Shown: positions 28,015 to 37,843 of the stretch, in pieces
Layout of the letters: the number at the start of each line of letters is the position of its first letter
Position numbering within the stretch: the stretch's first letter is position 1
Assembly: GCA_964385615.1 (NCBI GenBank)
Contig: CAYLPP010000003.1
Coordinates: 75,288 to 139,287 of the forward strand
Reading direction: 5' to 3'
DNA: 64,000 bases
Source of the DNA: an uncultured bacterium
GTDB taxonomy: Bacteria; Omnitrophota; Omnitrophia; Omnitrophales; Aquincolibacteriaceae
The notes under the pieces: model-generated
Database searches by the model: none
Told to the model about the DNA's origin: nothing
What the model saw: only the letters and a program-made list of their open reading frames with translations
Program-made: the position numbers and the translations under genes

Positions 28015-30786
28015 TTACAAAATGATGGGATGTACTTTTTCAGGATTAACGCCGAGGTCTTTAATGGCCTTTTCGACCACCTTCACATCGACCTGTCCTT
28101 TACGAGAAAGCTGATAAAGCGTCGCAATTACAATCGAAGGAGCATCGATTTCAAAAAACCGCCGGAGATTTTCACGCGTTTCACTGCGCCCGAAACCGTC
28201 CGTACCAAGCGTCATCAAACCGCCGGGCACCCAGGGAGCAATCTGGTCAGCGACAATCTTAAGGTTGTCTGAAACCGCGATAAACACGCCTTTTTCTTTT
28301 TCAAGAAGTCCTTCAACGTAAGATTTTCTGGGTTTCTCAGCCGGATGCAGCATATTCCAGCGCTGCACGTTCAAAGCGTCGGTACGCAGATGCTTGTAAG
28401 CGGTCGCGCTCCAAACATCGGCAGAAACATCATATTTCTCCAGAATTTCCTGGGCTTTCAACGCTTCATTCATGATGGGTCCGCTGGCAAGAAGATGAGC
28501 CTTATGTTTCTTTTCATTCCCCGTCTTGAAACGGTAGAGACCTTTAAGAATTCCTTCTTCCACACCGTCCGGCATGGGAGCCATCACATAGTTTTCATTA
28601 TAAAGCGTCAGGTAGTAGAAAAGTTCTTCACCCTGTTCATACATACGCTTCATGCCATCGCGCAAAATCACCGCAAGTTCGTAAGCGAACGCGGGATCAT
28701 AAGCCATCAGGGTCGGGATCGTGCTCGCGAGAAGCAAACTGTGACCGTCCTGATGCTGAAGACCTTCGCCGTTCAGTGTGGTGCGTCCTGAAGTCGCACC
28801 CAGCATAAAACCTTTGGCCTTGATATCGCCGGCCAGCCAGATCATGTCACCCACGCGCTGAAACCCGAACATGGAGTAATAAATGAAAAACGGAATCATA
28901 TTCCGGCTGTGCGTAGCGTAAGCCGTTCCCGCCGCGAGAAAAGACGACATGGAACCGGCTTCGGTGATGCCCTCTTCAAGGATCTGCCCGTCTTTGGCTT
29001 CCTGATAATAAAGAAGCGACTCACGGTCAACAGGCTCGTAAAGCTGACCTTTGGAAGCGTAAATACCGACCTGGCGGAAAAGCGCGTCCAAACCGAATGT
29101 GCGGGCTTCGTCAGGAATAATCGGAACAATGCGCGGACCGACTTCCGCGTGACGCAGAAGTTTAGTCAAAATACGCGCGAAAGCCATCGTGGTAGAAACC
29201 GCTAAATCGCCGGAACCTTTCATAAATTCCGCGAAATCCAGACTGCTGATCGGCAGCGGATCGGCCTGAAACTTACGCTGAGGAAGATATCCTCCTAAAG
29301 CTTTCCGGCGTTCCTGCAGGTACTGAATTTCAGGGCTGTCATCCGACGGGCGGTAGAAAGGCGTGTCGACAATTTCTTCATCGCTGATCGGAATCTGGAA
29401 ACGGGATTTAAATTCGCGGAGTTCTTTTTCGTTCAGCTTTTTCTGCTGGTGAGTAATGTTTCTTCCTTCACCGGCTTCACCCAAACCGTAGCCCTTAACC
29501 GTATGCGCGAGCACCACAGTCGGCTGACCCTTATGCTCCGTCGCCGATTTATAAGCCGCGTAAACTTTCTGGGGATCATGACCGCCGCGAAGCATCTTGC
29601 GCAGCTCTTCATCGCTGAGATGGTTTACGAGCTCGAGCAGTTCCGGATATTTTCCGAAGAAATGTTTACGGATATAGCTTCCGGGTTCGACGGAATATTT
29701 TTGGAAATCACCGTCCACAGCTTCTTCCATACGCTTAATCAGAAGACCGCTGTGCTTGGATCTCAAAAGAGTGTCCCAACTGCTGCCCCAGATCACTTTG
29801 ATTACGTTCCACCCGGCACCGCGGAAAGCGGCTTCGAGTTCCTGGATAATTTTTCCGTTCCCGCGAACCGGACCGTCAAGACGCTGAAGGTTGCAGTTCA
29901 CAACCCAGATTAAATTATCAAGGCTTTCACGGGAAGCCAGCGTTAGCGCGCCCAGCGATTCAGGCTCATCAATTTCGCCGTCACCGACAAAGCACCAGAC
30001 TTTGGGCTCACGCTTCCAGTCCACTTGTTTACGCGCGTGCAGATAGCGGTTAAAACGCGCCTGATAAATCGACATGATCGGGCCCAAGCCCATCGACACC
30101 GTCGGAAACTGCCAGAAATTCGGCATGAGATAAGGATGCGGATAAGAAGAAAGACCTCCGCCTTCCGCGAGTTCCTGACGGAAATGATGCAGATGGCTGG
30201 CTTTCAAACGGCCTTCCAGATAAGCGCGGGCATAAGGGCCAGGAGAAGCATGGCCCTGGAAATAAACGATATCGGCTGGGCCGTCACCATCCGGACCGTG
30301 GAAAAAGTGATTCTGCCCCACTTCATATAAAGTGGCGCTGGATGCATACGTGGAAATATGACCGCCTAAACCGTTATGCACACGGTTGGATTTCACAACC
30401 ATAGCCATGGCGTTCCAGCGGATCAAGCTCTTGATCCGTCTTTCCAAATCACGGTTGCCCGGGTATTTTGGTTCACTTTCCGGCGAGATAGTGTTGATAT
30501 AAGGAGTGCTGACAACCGGCGGGATTTTTAATCCGGCTTCGCGCAGCTGATTCAGAACTTGACTAAGGATGAAGGGATCTTTATCTTCTGATTCACGGTT
30601 CTTAAGGATGAATTCAATAACATGCTCCAGCGCTTGGAGCCATTGATGGGTGTTCGTTTGTCCAGGCTGGCCGGAGCCGCCTACACCAGATTCCTGCATG
30701 TGTTTACTCTCCAAAGTTGACATAAATAAGCCGTATGACCCCCAAATGTATCTGGATAATCTACTGAATTCCCCCCCGAACTTCAA
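28015..30786 (-). CDS. aceE: pyruvate dehydrogenase E1 component, homodimeric type
   Basis: 923 aa; ~900-aa AceE-type E1 with ThDP-binding region (GDGEIDEPESLGAL); true start may be an internal Met (MQESG...). Confidence 0.9.
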   Translation of the reverse strand: MKFGGEFSRLSRYIWGSYGLFMSTLESKHMQESGVGGSGQPGQTNTHQWLQALEHVIEFILKNRESEDKDPFILSQVLNQLREAGLKIPPVVSTPYINTISPESEPKYPGNRDLERRIKSLIRWNAMAMVVKSNRVHNGLGGHISTYASSATLYEVGQNHFFHGPDGDGPADIVYFQGHASPGPYARAYLEGRLKASHLHHFRQELAEGGGLSSYPHPYLMPNFWQFPTVSMGLGPIMSIYQARFNRYLHARKQVDWKREPKVWCFVGDGEIDEPESLGALTLASRESLDNLIWVVNCNLQRLDGPVRGNGKIIQELEAAFRGAGWNVIKVIWGSSWDTLLRSKHSGLLIKRMEEAVDGDFQKYSVEPGSYIRKHFFGKYPELLELVNHLSDEELRKMLRGGHDPQKVYAAYKSATEHKGQPTVVLAHTVKGYGLGEAGEGRNITHQQKKLNEKELREFKSRFQIPISDEEIVDTPFYRPSDDSPEIQYLQERRKALGGYLPQRKFQADPLPISSLDFAEFMKGSGDLAVSTTMAFARILTKLLRHAEVGPRIVPIIPDEARTFGLDALFRQVGIYASKGQLYEPVDRESLLYYQEAKDGQILEEGITEAGSMSSFLAAGTAYATHSRNMIPFFIYYSMFGFQRVGDMIWLAGDIKAKGFMLGATSGRTTLNGEGLQHQDGHSLLLASTIPTLMAYDPAFAYELAVILRDGMKRMYEQGEELFYYLTLYNENYVMAPMPDGVEEGILKGLYRFKTGNEKKHKAHLLASGPIMNEALKAQEILEKYDVSADVWSATAYKHLRTDALNVQRWNMLHPAEKPRKSYVEGLLEKEKGVFIAVSDNLKIVADQIAPWVPGGLMTLGTDGFGRSETRENLRRFFEIDAPSIVIATLYQLSRKGQVDVKVVEKAIKDLGVNPEKVHPIIL

Positions 30787-30837
30787 TAAGATTCTATAGA
30801 AGAAGGCAATACCGCAGAGGGTACTGGATGCCGTATA

Positions 30838-31563
30838 ATGCTTTTCATGAAATTTTTAGACCTGTCTTTTAAGACCCCTGAAGAAAATCTGGCCTGCGAT
30901 GAAGCCCTTCTGGAAACCTGTGAAAACGGCGGGCCGGAGGCACTGCGGTTTTGGGAATCTCCGGTTTATTTCGCGGTTTTAGGCTACTCCAACAAAGCCG
31001 CGCGGGAATTAAACCTGGAAACCTGCCGAAGAGATTTTATCCCAGTTTTGCGCCGTCCTTCCGGAGGAGGCACAGTGCTTCAAGGTCCCGGCTGTCTGAA
31101 CTACGCGCTGATTCTCAGAATCCCTGAATCCGGCCCCCTCAAAAATCTGAAATCCTCCAACGAGTTTATTATGGAAACCAACCGTAAAGCGCTTGAGGCT
31201 TTATTGGGTTCCGAAGTCCGGGTTCAGGGAATTACGGATCTGACCTTTAACGGCCTTAAATTTTCAGGCAATGCCCAGCGCCGGTTAAAAAATGCTTTTC
31301 TTTTTCACGGCACTTTCCTTTACGGATTTGATCTTTCAACCGTTTCAAAGTACTTGGCACTGCCTTCCCTACAGCCGGATTACCGCGAAAACCGCCCCCA
31401 TGATGCCTTTATTACAAATCTCCAAATCCCCATCCCTAAACTCAAAAAAACAATGCTGTCAGCCTGGGGTGCTGCTGAACCCTTAAGCGATATCCCCGCG
31501 CCCTCCATTCAGAACCTGATTGAGCAAAAGTACAGCCGTTCCGACTGGAACGAAAAACTCTAA
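30838..31563 (+). CDS. lipoate--protein ligase / octanoyltransferase family protein (BPL/LPL catalytic domain)
   Basis: 241 aa; LRFWESPVYFAVLGYSNK...RRPSGGGTVLQGPG motifs of the LplA/LipM family; divergent from the PDH operon. Confidence 0.75.
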   Translation: MLFMKFLDLSFKTPEENLACDEALLETCENGGPEALRFWESPVYFAVLGYSNKAARELNLETCRRDFIPVLRRPSGGGTVLQGPGCLNYALILRIPESGPLKNLKSSNEFIMETNRKALEALLGSEVRVQGITDLTFNGLKFSGNAQRRLKNAFLFHGTFLYGFDLSTVSKYLALPSLQPDYRENRPHDAFITNLQIPIPKLKKTMLSAWGAAEPLSDIPAPSIQNLIEQKYSRSDWNEKL

Positions 31564-31575
31564 AAAACCCCAGAG

Positions 31576-31592
31576 ATCAATAAGGCATCAAG
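31576..31592 (+). promoter_or_regulatory. candidate enhancer (UAS) motif ATCAATAAGGCATCAAG upstream of the amt-1 sigma54 promoter
   Basis: matches ATCAATA-N3-YATCAA, also found twice upstream of the second amt sigma54 promoter. Confidence 0.35.
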
Positions 31593-31711
31593 AAACTCCA
31601 CTTTTTTGTCACCTTTTAGTCAAAATTGTTACAAAATCGCGATTTATACGCCTTTTTCCGGTTGTTTTTCATCTATTTTCTGCTCTACAAAATAAACTTC
31701 ACACCCGGCAT

Positions 31712-31728
31712 GGCACAGGCCTTGCATT
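31712..31728 (+). promoter_or_regulatory. sigma54 (RpoN) -24/-12 promoter TGGCAC-N5-TTGCA
   Basis: TGGCACAGGCCTTGCAT, consensus spacing, ~75 nt upstream of the amt start at 31802. Confidence 0.75.
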
Positions 31729-31801
31729 AGCCCCCCTGTTTTCCGGGCAAGCCTTGAGCGGCGGGCCCTGAAAATTTCAAAACAACTCAAAGGAGAACTC
31801 A

Positions 31802-33181
31802 ATGGATCCAAAAGTAGCATTAGACACGATTTGGGTTCTTGTAACTGGAATGCTGGTGTTCTTCATGAACCTTGGCTTTGCCTGTGTGGAAGCCGGTTTC
31901 CAGTCGAGCAAGAACTGCGTTAACATTCTTTCCAAGAACTTCGTTGTTTTCGCCTGCTCTACCGTGGCGTTCTGGTTCGTCGGCTTCGGCCTGATGTTCG
32001 GGGACGGCAATGCTTTCATGGGGCTGAAGGGCCTTTTGATGGCGGGCGGTCTCGACAATAGCCCGGCTACTGGTGACGCGTATCAAGGTGTTTATAGCGC
32101 GCTTAACTGGACCGGCGTTCCTCTCGGTGCCAAATTTTTCTTCCAGCTCGTTTTTGCTGGAACGGCCGCCACGATTGTTTCCGGTTCTGTCGGCGGACGC
32201 ATCAAGTATCTTTCTTTCATTGTTTTCTCATTTGTCATTGTCGGTTTGATCTATCCGATCAGCGGTCACTGGATCTGGGGCGGGGGCTGGCTTGCCAAGC
32301 TCGGATTCTGGGATTTCGCCGGTTCAACGGTCGTTCACTCTGTGGGCGGTTGGGCTGCTTTGACGGGCGCCATTATTCTGGGTCCCCGGTTCGGGAAATT
32401 CGGTCCTAAAAAAGGCCAGATCAACGCGATTCCCGGTCACAATATCGCTCTTGCGATGATCGGCACTCTGGTTCTGTGGCTCGGCTGGTTCGGTTTCAAC
32501 CCGGGCAGCACCATGGCCGCGGATCCGCGTCTTATGTCTCACATCTGCTTGACCACCAACATGGCTGCCGCGACCGGCGTTCTTGGCGCGACTTTCATGT
32601 CCTGGGTTCTTCTTAAGAAGCCGGATATCGGCATGACTATCAACGGCTGTTTGGCGGGTCTTGTCGCCATCACCGCTCCTTGCGCTTTCGTCAGCGTCGG
32701 CAGCGCGGCTTTGATCGGCCTTATCGGCGGTGTGATCGTGGTGCCTGCGGTTATCTTCTTCGATAAAGTCGGAGTCGATGATCCGGTCGGCGCAACGGCT
32801 GTTCACTTGGTCAACGGCGTTTTCGGAACACTCGCTGTCGGCCTTTTCGCAGAAGACTGGGTCAGCCCCGGCACTACCGGCAATGGTCTTTTCTTCGGCG
32901 GCAGCGCCAAGCTTCTTATGGCCCAGCTGACTGGCGTAGTCGCGGTCGGCGCGTATGTGCTGATCGTTTCCGCGATTGCCTGGTACGTCATTAAGTACAC
33001 CATCGGCCTTCGCGTCACTCTGCATGAAGAAATTGAAGGTCTGGATATCGGCGAACACGGAAACGTGGCCTATCCTGATTTCGTAGCCCGCAAGGCTCAC
33101 ACGGTCCAGTACGGCACTGTGGACGGGGCTTCCTCAACGGCGAGTGAATCGTTCAAAAAAGAATTCAGCGGGGTGCGGTAA
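31802..33181 (+). CDS. amt: ammonium transporter (Amt/MEP family)
   Basis: 459 aa; 11 TM, signature DFAGSTVVHSVGGWAAL, twin-His region; followed by glnK with TAATG overlap. Confidence 0.9.
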   Translation: MDPKVALDTIWVLVTGMLVFFMNLGFACVEAGFQSSKNCVNILSKNFVVFACSTVAFWFVGFGLMFGDGNAFMGLKGLLMAGGLDNSPATGDAYQGVYSALNWTGVPLGAKFFFQLVFAGTAATIVSGSVGGRIKYLSFIVFSFVIVGLIYPISGHWIWGGGWLAKLGFWDFAGSTVVHSVGGWAALTGAIILGPRFGKFGPKKGQINAIPGHNIALAMIGTLVLWLGWFGFNPGSTMAADPRLMSHICLTTNMAAATGVLGATFMSWVLLKKPDIGMTINGCLAGLVAITAPCAFVSVGSAALIGLIGGVIVVPAVIFFDKVGVDDPVGATAVHLVNGVFGTLAVGLFAEDWVSPGTTGNGLFFGGSAKLLMAQLTGVVAVGAYVLIVSAIAWYVIKYTIGLRVTLHEEIEGLDIGEHGNVAYPDFVARKAHTVQYGTVDGASSTASESFKKEFSGVR

Positions 33182-33522
33182 TGAAAAAAATCGAAGCTAT
33201 CATCCGTCCTGAAAAATTGGATACGGTGCGTCAGGCCCTTGAAAACTCAGGTTATCCCGGCATTACGATTACTGAGATTGAAGGCCACGGCAAACAGAAA
33301 GGCACCGTCCAGCAGTGGCGCGGAGAGCAGTACAAGCTGGATTTCCTTCCGAAGGTCAAGGTTGAGATCGTCTGTATCTCAAGCGACCTGGAAAAAATCC
33401 TGAAGGTCCTGCAGCAGGCGGCCGTGACGGGAAGCGTCGGAGACGGTAAGATTTTCGTCTCGGACATTACCGAAGTGGTCCGTATCCGCACCAACGAACG
33501 CGGAGAACGCGCTCTCGTTTAA
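33181..33522 (+). CDS. glnK: nitrogen regulatory protein P-II (GlnK type)
   Basis: 113 aa; MKKIEAIIRPEKL...T-loop RGEQYKLDF (uridylylatable Tyr), GDGKIFV. Confidence 0.9.
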   Translation: MKKIEAIIRPEKLDTVRQALENSGYPGITITEIEGHGKQKGTVQQWRGEQYKLDFLPKVKVEIVCISSDLEKILKVLQQAAVTGSVGDGKIFVSDITEVVRIRTNERGERALV

Positions 33523-33540
33523 ACTGCGGTCATAAACACA

Positions 33541-33580
33541 AAAACCCCGGAGTCTTTGGACTCCGGGGTTTTTTATTTTC
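33541..33580. terminator. bidirectional rho-independent terminator (CCCCGGAGTC-tttg-GACTCCGGGG + T-run)
   Basis: perfect 10-bp stem between convergent glnK and the transporter gene. Confidence 0.7.
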
Positions 33581-33592
33581 ACTTCAAAGCGT

Positions 33593-35323
33593 TTACCCCG
33601 TAATCACCAACCGGCAATCACGATGAAGATTGTGAGCCAAAGTCCTGAGAACGTCTCCCCTCAAAAGGCTGACCAGCGCGCTTCTGCGCGTGGTTCCAAT
33701 CATAACAATCTTGACGCTGAGGTCATGAGCCGCCATCGCGATCATCTTGCCGGGATTGTCGCTGATCTGCCAGATCGGAACCGCGGTAATCCCCTTTTTC
33801 TCAAATTCCTGCTGAGCCTTTGCCAGAGTTTCAATGGATTCGGCGGAAGGCTTCACTTCCAGCGGGAACTCCGCTCCGGAAGGCATTTCTTCAACATACG
33901 TCACATAGACCGCGTTCTCTCCCAGCGCCTTGGCTCGCAGTGAAGCTTCTTCCAGCAAAGGCTCATTGATACTGCGGACAGCGACCAAAGAACTGCTCTT
34001 GTAGAGAGGCATAATTTCTTTGGCCTCTGAAACCGTCAAAACTTCGACAGTCGTCGGCATCATCGCTGGAACCGGAATAGGAATAAACTTCTTGGCAATG
34101 AACCTTAAAAGAAGTCCGATTGAAAGAACCGTCAGGGCGAATAAAAGAGCACTATGTTTTTCAATCGCGATGGTGATTTCGATAAAAAAAAGAATGATAG
34201 AAGCGGAGGTTAAAAGCGCGCGCTCCCAGGATTTCATGCGAAGTTTAAAATTAGTCGCGCAACTGGCCATATTCATGGTGATCGCCCCGACGACCCCGAT
34301 CGCGTAAAGCGCGGCCAAGCCGACCACTTCATGCTCAAAAATTAAAACCAGCACCGGAACCACAGTCGCGATCACCAGCGAAAGCCAGGGCATCCCGTAC
34401 CGGTTCAACCGCGCAAACACAAACGGCAATTCGTGATCTTTCGCCATTAAAAACTGAACGCTCACCAGGCCTGTAATCGCCGTGTTTACCGCGGAAAGAA
34501 GAAGGAAACCGAAAACGATTGAAATGACGGTGCCGTACCAGTGTCCAATGTAATGAACCCCAAGTACACGGAGCATATCTTCCGTGTGATTTTCAAGATT
34601 CGGAACAGCGTTCATCGCGATTCCAAGAAGAAACGTCAATCCCGCGACCTCAAGCAGAACAGGCCAGATCGCCCGGCTTGAGGTTTTCTCAACCGGATCT
34701 TTCATGATACCGGTCATATTGACGATCGCTTCAACCCCGGAAAGAGCCAGCACAATGCCTACAAAACTTGTCCAGTTCTGAGACCAATTCCCCGTCGGCC
34801 ATTTAAGCACCACATGAGGAAGCTCTGGAAGAGTCGCGACAAAAAGCACTCCGGCCGTAATCGAGGCCGCGACCGCGATCCACGCCGCGATACTCCCGCC
34901 CTTGGTGGGGCCGACCCAGTTGATCGCACCAATGGTGAGAATAGATCCAATCGCCCACAGTTCAGGATGAGGAACATTGAAGTAATGGAAGGCTTCCAGC
35001 GCGCTTAAAGAAGCGGTAATGACATAGTCAGCAATTAGAAGCAGTGCTCCGACAACGGCGAGGAATTGGGAGCGGGTTTTAACGGAAGAATAGACACCGC
35101 CTCCATCGGGATAAAGACGGCAGAGAATCATGTAGCAAATTCCAACAAAAGCGGTCAGAAGCGACATCAGGCCCAGAAAGAACCAGGATGCGTGTCCGGT
35201 CAGAGCAAAAGCGATACCTAGGACGTAAGCTTTGCTGGTTCCCCAGTCGCCGTACAGCATGGCTCCAGCCTGGTACCATTTAAGCTCTCTTGGCCGTTCT
35301 ACTTTTTTGGTGATTGTCAGCAT
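33593..35323 (-). CDS. KimA-like APC-superfamily K+ (cation) transporter fused to a C-terminal universal-stress-protein (UspA) domain
   Basis: 576 aa; AMLYGDWGTSKAYV, YPDGGGVYSSVK, LLIADYVITASLS resemble KimA/KUP-like APC motifs; 12 TM; C-terminal ~140 aa Usp fold (VKIVMIGTTRRSALVSLLRGDVL). Confidence 0.6.
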   Translation of the reverse strand: MLTITKKVERPRELKWYQAGAMLYGDWGTSKAYVLGIAFALTGHASWFFLGLMSLLTAFVGICYMILCRLYPDGGGVYSSVKTRSQFLAVVGALLLIADYVITASLSALEAFHYFNVPHPELWAIGSILTIGAINWVGPTKGGSIAAWIAVAASITAGVLFVATLPELPHVVLKWPTGNWSQNWTSFVGIVLALSGVEAIVNMTGIMKDPVEKTSSRAIWPVLLEVAGLTFLLGIAMNAVPNLENHTEDMLRVLGVHYIGHWYGTVISIVFGFLLLSAVNTAITGLVSVQFLMAKDHELPFVFARLNRYGMPWLSLVIATVVPVLVLIFEHEVVGLAALYAIGVVGAITMNMASCATNFKLRMKSWERALLTSASIILFFIEITIAIEKHSALLFALTVLSIGLLLRFIAKKFIPIPVPAMMPTTVEVLTVSEAKEIMPLYKSSSLVAVRSINEPLLEEASLRAKALGENAVYVTYVEEMPSGAEFPLEVKPSAESIETLAKAQQEFEKKGITAVPIWQISDNPGKMIAMAAHDLSVKIVMIGTTRRSALVSLLRGDVLRTLAHNLHRDCRLVITG

Positions 35324-35365
35324 CAGTAACTACTCTCCTGAGAAAAACTTATAACAACATGAATT

Positions 35366-36103
35366 TTATTTGTCAATGAATGCGGTATCAGCGTCCGCGG
35401 CCGGCTGATCGTAGCGAAGCCGGTATCCGACTCCGGGTTCAGTCGTAATATAGACAGGACGGTCTTCATCTGGTTCTATTTTGGCGCGCAATTTACTGAC
35501 AGTGACCCTGAGTAAATGATCAAGTCCTCCGGTTCCATCCGGTTTATTCCAAACCTCCCGGAAAAGCTGCTGTTGAGTCACCACTTTGCCCGCGTTAAAA
35601 ATTAAAATCTTAAAAACATCGTACTCAGTGGGTGTTAAATGGACCGCAATATCTTTAACGGTCACTTTACGGCGCGTAAGATCCGCGACAATCTGGCCAG
35701 TCTTAAAAATCTGGTCTTTATCTTTGGGAATCCAACGGCGGATTACGGCTCGCAGGCGGGCAAACAGCTCTTCGGAACTGAACGGCTTGGTCAGGTAATC
35801 GTCCGCGCCGGCATCCAGAGCTTCAATTTTATCTTTTTCCTGTTCGCGGACTGAAACGACAATCACAGGCATCGAGGCGCGGGACCGCATTTCCCGCATG
35901 ACCTCAACCCCTTCCATGTCGGGAAGCCCCAGGTCCAGAATAACAGCGTCCGGACGAACTGAAGCTGAAGCTTCAATCGCCGACCGGCCGTCCTCCGCTT
36001 CAAAAACACGGTACCCTTTGGCGCTAAGTTCCACCTTCAGAAAACGCCGAATTGATTTTTCGTCGTCAACAACCAAAACCCTTAAACCTTCATTCACCTT
36101 CAA
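35366..36103 (-). CDS. KdpE-like OmpR-family response regulator
   Basis: 245 aa; RVLVVDDEKSIRRFL...VILDLGLPDMEG receiver, winged helix C-terminus (LTPTEYDVFKILIFNAGKVVTQQQLFREVW). Confidence 0.85.
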   Translation of the reverse strand: MKVNEGLRVLVVDDEKSIRRFLKVELSAKGYRVFEAEDGRSAIEASASVRPDAVILDLGLPDMEGVEVMREMRSRASMPVIVVSVREQEKDKIEALDAGADDYLTKPFSSEELFARLRAVIRRWIPKDKDQIFKTGQIVADLTRRKVTVKDIAVHLTPTEYDVFKILIFNAGKVVTQQQLFREVWNKPDGTGGLDHLLRVTVSKLRAKIEPDEDRPVYITTEPGVGYRLRYDQPAADADTAFIDK

Positions 36104-37643
36104 TCGATATCCCCCTCAATTCGCAAACCACGGGAAGCCGAATAAGAAAAACAGTTCCGCTTTCTTTTCTTTCGGCGTAAATCTGCCCCGCGTGAGCTTC
36201 AACAATCCCCTTGCAGATTGAAAGCCCCAACCCCACCCCGCTTGTCTTTTTAACCTGTTCGCTTCTATAAAATTTTTCAAAAATACGGCTGATATCCTTT
36301 TCGGGAACTCCGGCACCCCGGTCCTCAACCTCAATACGAATAAAAGAGCCCTCCAGCACCGCCCGAATCGTAATCGGCGTATCAGGCGGAGAATACTTTA
36401 AAGCATTATCGACCAGGTTGACCAGAACACGCATCATTAACGTAAAGTCAATCTGAGCTTCTGGTAAACGGCTCGCAAGTTCAATGCCAATTCTTCTCCC
36501 CCCAAGCCTCTCGGCGGAAAATTGCTGAATCGCGGCACCGATTAAATCCCGAATGTCGCAAGGCTTGAAACTGGGCTGGCAGGCGCCGCCTTCAATCCGG
36601 GTGATATCAAGCAAATTGCCGACCACCCGGTTTAACCGCTCAGATTCTTCAAAAGCAGTCTGAATCAATTCACGTTTTGTTTTTTCGTCTAAAGTACTAT
36701 TTTTCAAGAGAGCCGCTAAAGCCCCATTAATCGAGAATAAAGGGGTTCTCAAATCGTGAGAAATGGAATTCAGCAGAACCGTCTGCATTTTTTCCTTTTC
36801 ACGCAGAAGAACCGCCTTCTGCGTTTCTTCAGAAAGCCTGACGCGTTCAATAGCAATCGCTGCCTGAATAGCCGCTGAATCCAGCATGGAATCGGTCGAG
36901 ATTATTTCCTCTAAACTTTTCCCCTCGAATGGAACCAACCGCACGGCAAGAACTCCGAAAGTTTTTTCGGCAATTTTCAAAGGACGGTAATGAAAATAAC
37001 AGCCTGTATAATGCGCTGTTCCTGAGCCTGATGGATGGCCTGTCTTAAAAGCAAAGGAAGCCGCGGAGAAATCGTTGGGGCTCAGCGCGTGCCCCTCCAA
37101 CATTCCAAACGGCTGAAGAACGCCTTCGTTATCCAGAAAAAAATGGATTTCCGTGACATACTTCAGACCATGAGAGGTTTGCAGAGTTTTCCATACCCCC
37201 TTTAAATCAGGGGCGGCACAAAGGTCCCGGCTCAGCTTGTATAAAGCACGGGTTTCTGACTCTTTTTGACTCGCTTCAATAGCGCTCTCTCGTGAACGCG
37301 CCGCTAAGTTGCTGATGATAATGCCCACAAATAAAAGCACGCACAAAGTCAGCAGATCTTCAGCCGCCTGGACTTCCAGTGAATACTTTGGAGAAAAAAC
37401 GAGAAATTCGAGCGCGAGAACACTCATCACAGCCGCCGCAATCGCTGGACCGCGTCCAGCCCTCAAAGCCGTAATCGCGACAGCCAACAGATAAAAAATG
37501 ATGGTATCCGTTTGAGGTCTGACCACAGCGATCATTTCCCCAGCGAACGCAATCACTAACACTGCCAGTGCGCTGAAAAGGTATCCTTTTAACCCTGAAT
37601 GGATCTTCAACTTTTCCACCTTTGCTTTAGGAATAGCGTTCAT
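36090..37643 (-). CDS. KdpD-like sensor histidine kinase lacking the N-terminal KdpD/Usp domains (4-TM DUF4118-like - GAF - HisKA - HATPase_c)
   Basis: 517 aa; 4 TM N-terminus, GAF-like region, H-box SISHDLRTPLFSING, DRGAGVP, GVGLGLSI; 14-nt overlap with the kdpE-like gene. Confidence 0.8.
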   Translation of the reverse strand: MNAIPKAKVEKLKIHSGLKGYLFSALAVLVIAFAGEMIAVVRPQTDTIIFYLLAVAITALRAGRGPAIAAAVMSVLALEFLVFSPKYSLEVQAAEDLLTLCVLLFVGIIISNLAARSRESAIEASQKESETRALYKLSRDLCAAPDLKGVWKTLQTSHGLKYVTEIHFFLDNEGVLQPFGMLEGHALSPNDFSAASFAFKTGHPSGSGTAHYTGCYFHYRPLKIAEKTFGVLAVRLVPFEGKSLEEIISTDSMLDSAAIQAAIAIERVRLSEETQKAVLLREKEKMQTVLLNSISHDLRTPLFSINGALAALLKNSTLDEKTKRELIQTAFEESERLNRVVGNLLDITRIEGGACQPSFKPCDIRDLIGAAIQQFSAERLGGRRIGIELASRLPEAQIDFTLMMRVLVNLVDNALKYSPPDTPITIRAVLEGSFIRIEVEDRGAGVPEKDISRIFEKFYRSEQVKKTSGVGLGLSICKGIVEAHAGQIYAERKESGTVFLIRLPVVCELRGISIEGE

Positions 37644-37669
37644 CTTATCGAATTTAAATTCTGATAAAC

Positions 37670-37709
37670 ATCAATATTTTATCAATTTTACGCATCAATA
37701 TTTCATCAA
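37670..37709 (+). promoter_or_regulatory. tandem candidate enhancer sites ATCAATATTTTATCAA / ATCAATATTTCATCAA
   Basis: two copies 24 bp apart, ~135-175 bp upstream of the sigma54 -24 element at 37844. Confidence 0.35.
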
Positions 37710-37843
37710 TTTTTTAACGTAAGTCATTTAATTGTATATAGTTCGACAATTTTGGATTATTTGGTAATACAAAAACGTCAAAAAACGTGGAAATTAAGTT
37801 TTTTACGATTTTCATCCAAGCGATTTTACTTTTTTCAAATCTT

